Below are positions 60,893 through 64,000 of a stretch of DNA of 64,000 nt, piece after piece; position 1 is the first letter of the stretch, and every line of letters begins with the position of its first letter. Source of the DNA: Lytechinus pictus (lineage: Eukaryota); NCBI RefSeq assembly GCF_037042905.1, contig NW_026974141.1:248001-312000 (forward strand), given 5' to 3'. A model generated the notes under the pieces. The model was not told the DNA's origin. It ran no database searches and was given only the letters and a program-made list of their open reading frames with translations. The translations under genes and the position numbers were made by a program.

Positions 60893-63847
60893 ATCATTTA
60901 TCATACAATTTAACAAATTTTATCACAAATGAACTACTTTTTAATAAAAAGTTCTAGTAATGCCTTCTTTACAAAATAATTCGTTTACGAACCCCATATC
61001 TTATGAAACTGGGTTATTTTCAAATATACTTCATCTATACGGTGATAAAAAAAAAGATGTTTGATAGAAAGAAAACATTGCATGTGGCTTTGCAAAGACA
61101 CTAACAAAGTACAACTCGCATTACAATGTTTTTAAGATGGTCAGATCTAACATCGAGTTTTGGGGACCTGGGTGAGTTGAGTCAAGGGCAGAGGGTTCGT
61201 GTTTACATACTTTTGAATATAATTCATTATTAATAGCTAGTACCTCATTCATTATACAAGTGTTTTGTCCATGAACACTCACCACCATGTTATGTTTCTT
61301 CGTGTGCTTGTAAAGCACCTGGAATAGCGGTTTTCATCATTTGTTTTCTAACTTTTCTTCAAAGGGGCACAACCTTCAAATCGAGCAGACGACAAAAAAC
61401 GCACTATCGGTATCGTGATGATCGCGATATCCGTAACCACGCGTTATTGATTTTCTTTTCACCCTAATAAACCACAGACCGTCAAATAAACCCATACAAT
61501 TCTATAGAGTCATCTATTATGACAAAAGGTCGACCCCTGCCTCAAAAGAGGTCCATATTCAATAAGATCCCAGTCTCTTACATGTGTGGTGGTACGTGCG
61601 GGAGTGTACTGTGTAATGTAGGCTATACGACTGCTCGCTCAGTAAACACACACCTCCAAGCTCTGGATACCGAGACAAAACAATTTCATATTTCTTACGC
61701 TCCTTGAGACCAGCTAATTCATGTAAGTAGTGACAAATGTTTGATGTGTTGTGAAATTATATGACTGATATGAATATTATGTAAATATATATTTTTCAAC
61801 AACATGATACGGGATTTAGGGAAATAGTGCGTCCTTAGTTACCGTGCAAATATAAATGTCCCATTCATTTTGTAAGCGGACGTTTCTTGAAAGTCCCAAT
61901 ACATTATTACACAAAAAGACTAAGAGAGTATTTTACATGTATTTCTCTCCTTTGACTGAACACAATCCCGTTCAGTGCTTTACTTTTAAACGCCCTGCCT
62001 TCCAAGTTTAGGGAAGATAAATCTGAAATCAAATAAAGTGAATGTGTCATTATCATAAAGAAGTTCGTAAGGTAGGCCTGTCTTCTCACTAAAATGTTGG
62101 ACAATTTCATTGTGTAATATGAAAGTCGCGAAGGAGGTATTTCACATGGTGTACATGTAATAATCATTGGTATTATTTGTCAACTTGTGTTCAAGACACA
62201 AATATTATTACATTGAAAATTTCGATTGACGATGATTTTATTATGATCGTCGTGTTCACTGGCCTAACTCGTAAAGTGATAATATTGATAATTATGGTAA
62301 AATTGTCAATAATTTGTATTAGCTAATATTACTCCAAACTAATTTGTTTTCTTCTAGTTTTGATTTGTATCGACATACTACTACTAATAATAAAGATTTA
62401 AAAAAGGACAGTCAATACATCAATGATGATGGAGGTGCTGGTAAACATAACGATGATAATTAAAATGAGTGTATGGTTGTAATGATGATGATAATATAAT
62501 AATTTCAATAATTAGAATAATCATAACTATGATGACAGTAAAAGCAATAATAATAAGTTTAATAACCATATGAATAATTACCGTAGTTGAAATATATAAC
62601 AATGCCAACAACAGTATTCACAAAAGGCCCAGAATGACGTTTTACAACATAATATTCCTCATGTTTAACATTTCTAAAACATGATTGACTAAATGTTTAA
62701 TGGTAGCATTTTCAAAAGTTTTCTCCAAGATATTTTAATATGTTTCATGAATAATATATTTTCGTGTTTTTGATATCTTAATAACGTTACCAACTTACAT
62801 TTCAATTGGTATTTAGAATATCATGGCTAAACGTTTTGTTAAAAAAATATTTTGATAATAACATGACCATTAACATTTACGGTGGTTTTAAATACCTTTT
62901 GGTAAGCTGACATCTTTTAATATATAATGTTTGTATTAGAGCGGATAGTTATAGTATTACATTGATAGGCAAGGTAATATTCATGATAAAAATCATTACA
63001 GCATATGGTTTTGAAATTTACACTACTAAATTTATTTCGCGTGGTTATTCATATCATCTATAACCTCTTATTGTGATGTTTACTTTGTGTTTCGAGTTAA
63101 GAAAGAACCTTGGACCATGAAATATGTTTCATTACACGTATCAGTGATAAATGAGTAATGGCTATCTTTGTCATATTTGATCAAAATGTGGATACACAAT
63201 ACCAATGATGATTTGATAATAAAATAAAAATGATTATAAAGATACCAATATAAATACTGTACGACCCGGTAGGCATCATGAATGCCATATACAATGGGAC
63301 AAAATATCATAATCATAAAATAAAATATATACACTGTACATGCTGTACCTACCCCATTAACTCCTGAGAACTTAATAAAAGGACTAGTTTGCCAAAAAAG
63401 AGAAATTAGCATATGGTAATTTTCACATAGTTATTGTTTTCTGAAATCATTCCAGAATTTCCACCAGGTCTTTTCGAACTTATTGCGAAGCATGTAATAA
63501 TGCTCGTGAAATGAATTTTTGTAATGGTTTAATTTCCATGTAGAGCCACACAAATTAGATTTTCCTAACCTCCACAAAGTTATTCAATCTCTTTGACACA
63601 AGAAAGAGTCGCAATTCGTGCGTAACTAACGATCAGTTTTATGAAACAACTAAACTAAATTCTTTGTGAATACTTTCACTTGTGTAATGAATCAACGTGT
63701 CCTCACTTCACCAAATATCATTAATCCTATGATTGCAGTTTGTATCATCTTAAAAAAGGCGCTGTATAAATCTAACTGTCATTATTATTATTATCATCAT
63801 TCCTTCAGATTTCGAGATGTCTTGAACGCCGGGCCTGATACACTACT

Positions 63848-64000
63848 ATGCTGATTAAAGGAAGAGCAAGTCCTAGGACAAGCTCTCGAGTTGATGTCCC
63901 CCAGCCAAACATCAGCAGACCATGCCGAGCACCACCTCCAGAAGAAATACTGTCCTTCGAAGATGATGTGGTCTTCGAATGGTCAAAGAGCATATCCCCA
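63848..64000 (+). CDS. Probable start of a coding exon running off the window (unknown protein)
   Basis: Acceptor TTCCTTCAG at 63808, in-frame TGA at 63836, then ATG with 51 open codons to the edge (MLIKGRASPRTSSRVDVPQPNISRPCRAPPPEEILSFEDDVVFEWSKSISP). GC rises over the flank. Confidence 0.45.
   Translation, partial: MLIKGRASPRTSSRVDVPQPNISRPCRAPPPEEILSFEDDVVFEWSKSISP

Noticed and set aside
63922-63966. MPSTT peptide matching the N-terminal region of the 325-aa protein
   Set aside because: That frame stops after 14 codons, and a five-residue match is compatible with chance.

Overview
AT-rich eukaryotic genomic DNA from a sea urchin (echinoid). The assignment is inferred from a PM27-type spicule matrix gene. 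There are three short N runs inside simple repeats. Host genes: (1) PM27, a single coding exon on the minus strand (8806-7700), with a signal peptide, an expanded Gly/Pro/Gln/Met repeat and a C-type lectin domain. (2) A four-exon Rv2258c-like SAM-dependent methyltransferase on the minus strand (42700-28846, 362 aa), including a 123-bp exon absent from the ORF track. (3) A 325-aa single-exon ORF (50332-51309) that looks disordered and ends in an RVxF plus phi-phi PP1-docking signature. (4) A probable gene start at the right edge. Much of the rest is mobile DNA: a near-intact PHD-APE-RT LINE with one frameshift, two decayed LINEs each interrupted by a precisely excisable MITE, many TTAA- and TA-target MITEs, tRNA-derived SINEs, a Helentron/HINE-like tandem-repeat element, and a Penelope-type end with a minimal hammerhead ribozyme motif. 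The most unusual structure is a ~3.2-kb foldback element in methyltransferase intron 3. It has CAC/CAT termini and a TTG duplication, and both arms carry relics of the same FEN1/XPG-like nuclease ORF. All calls are by eye and no database search was run.
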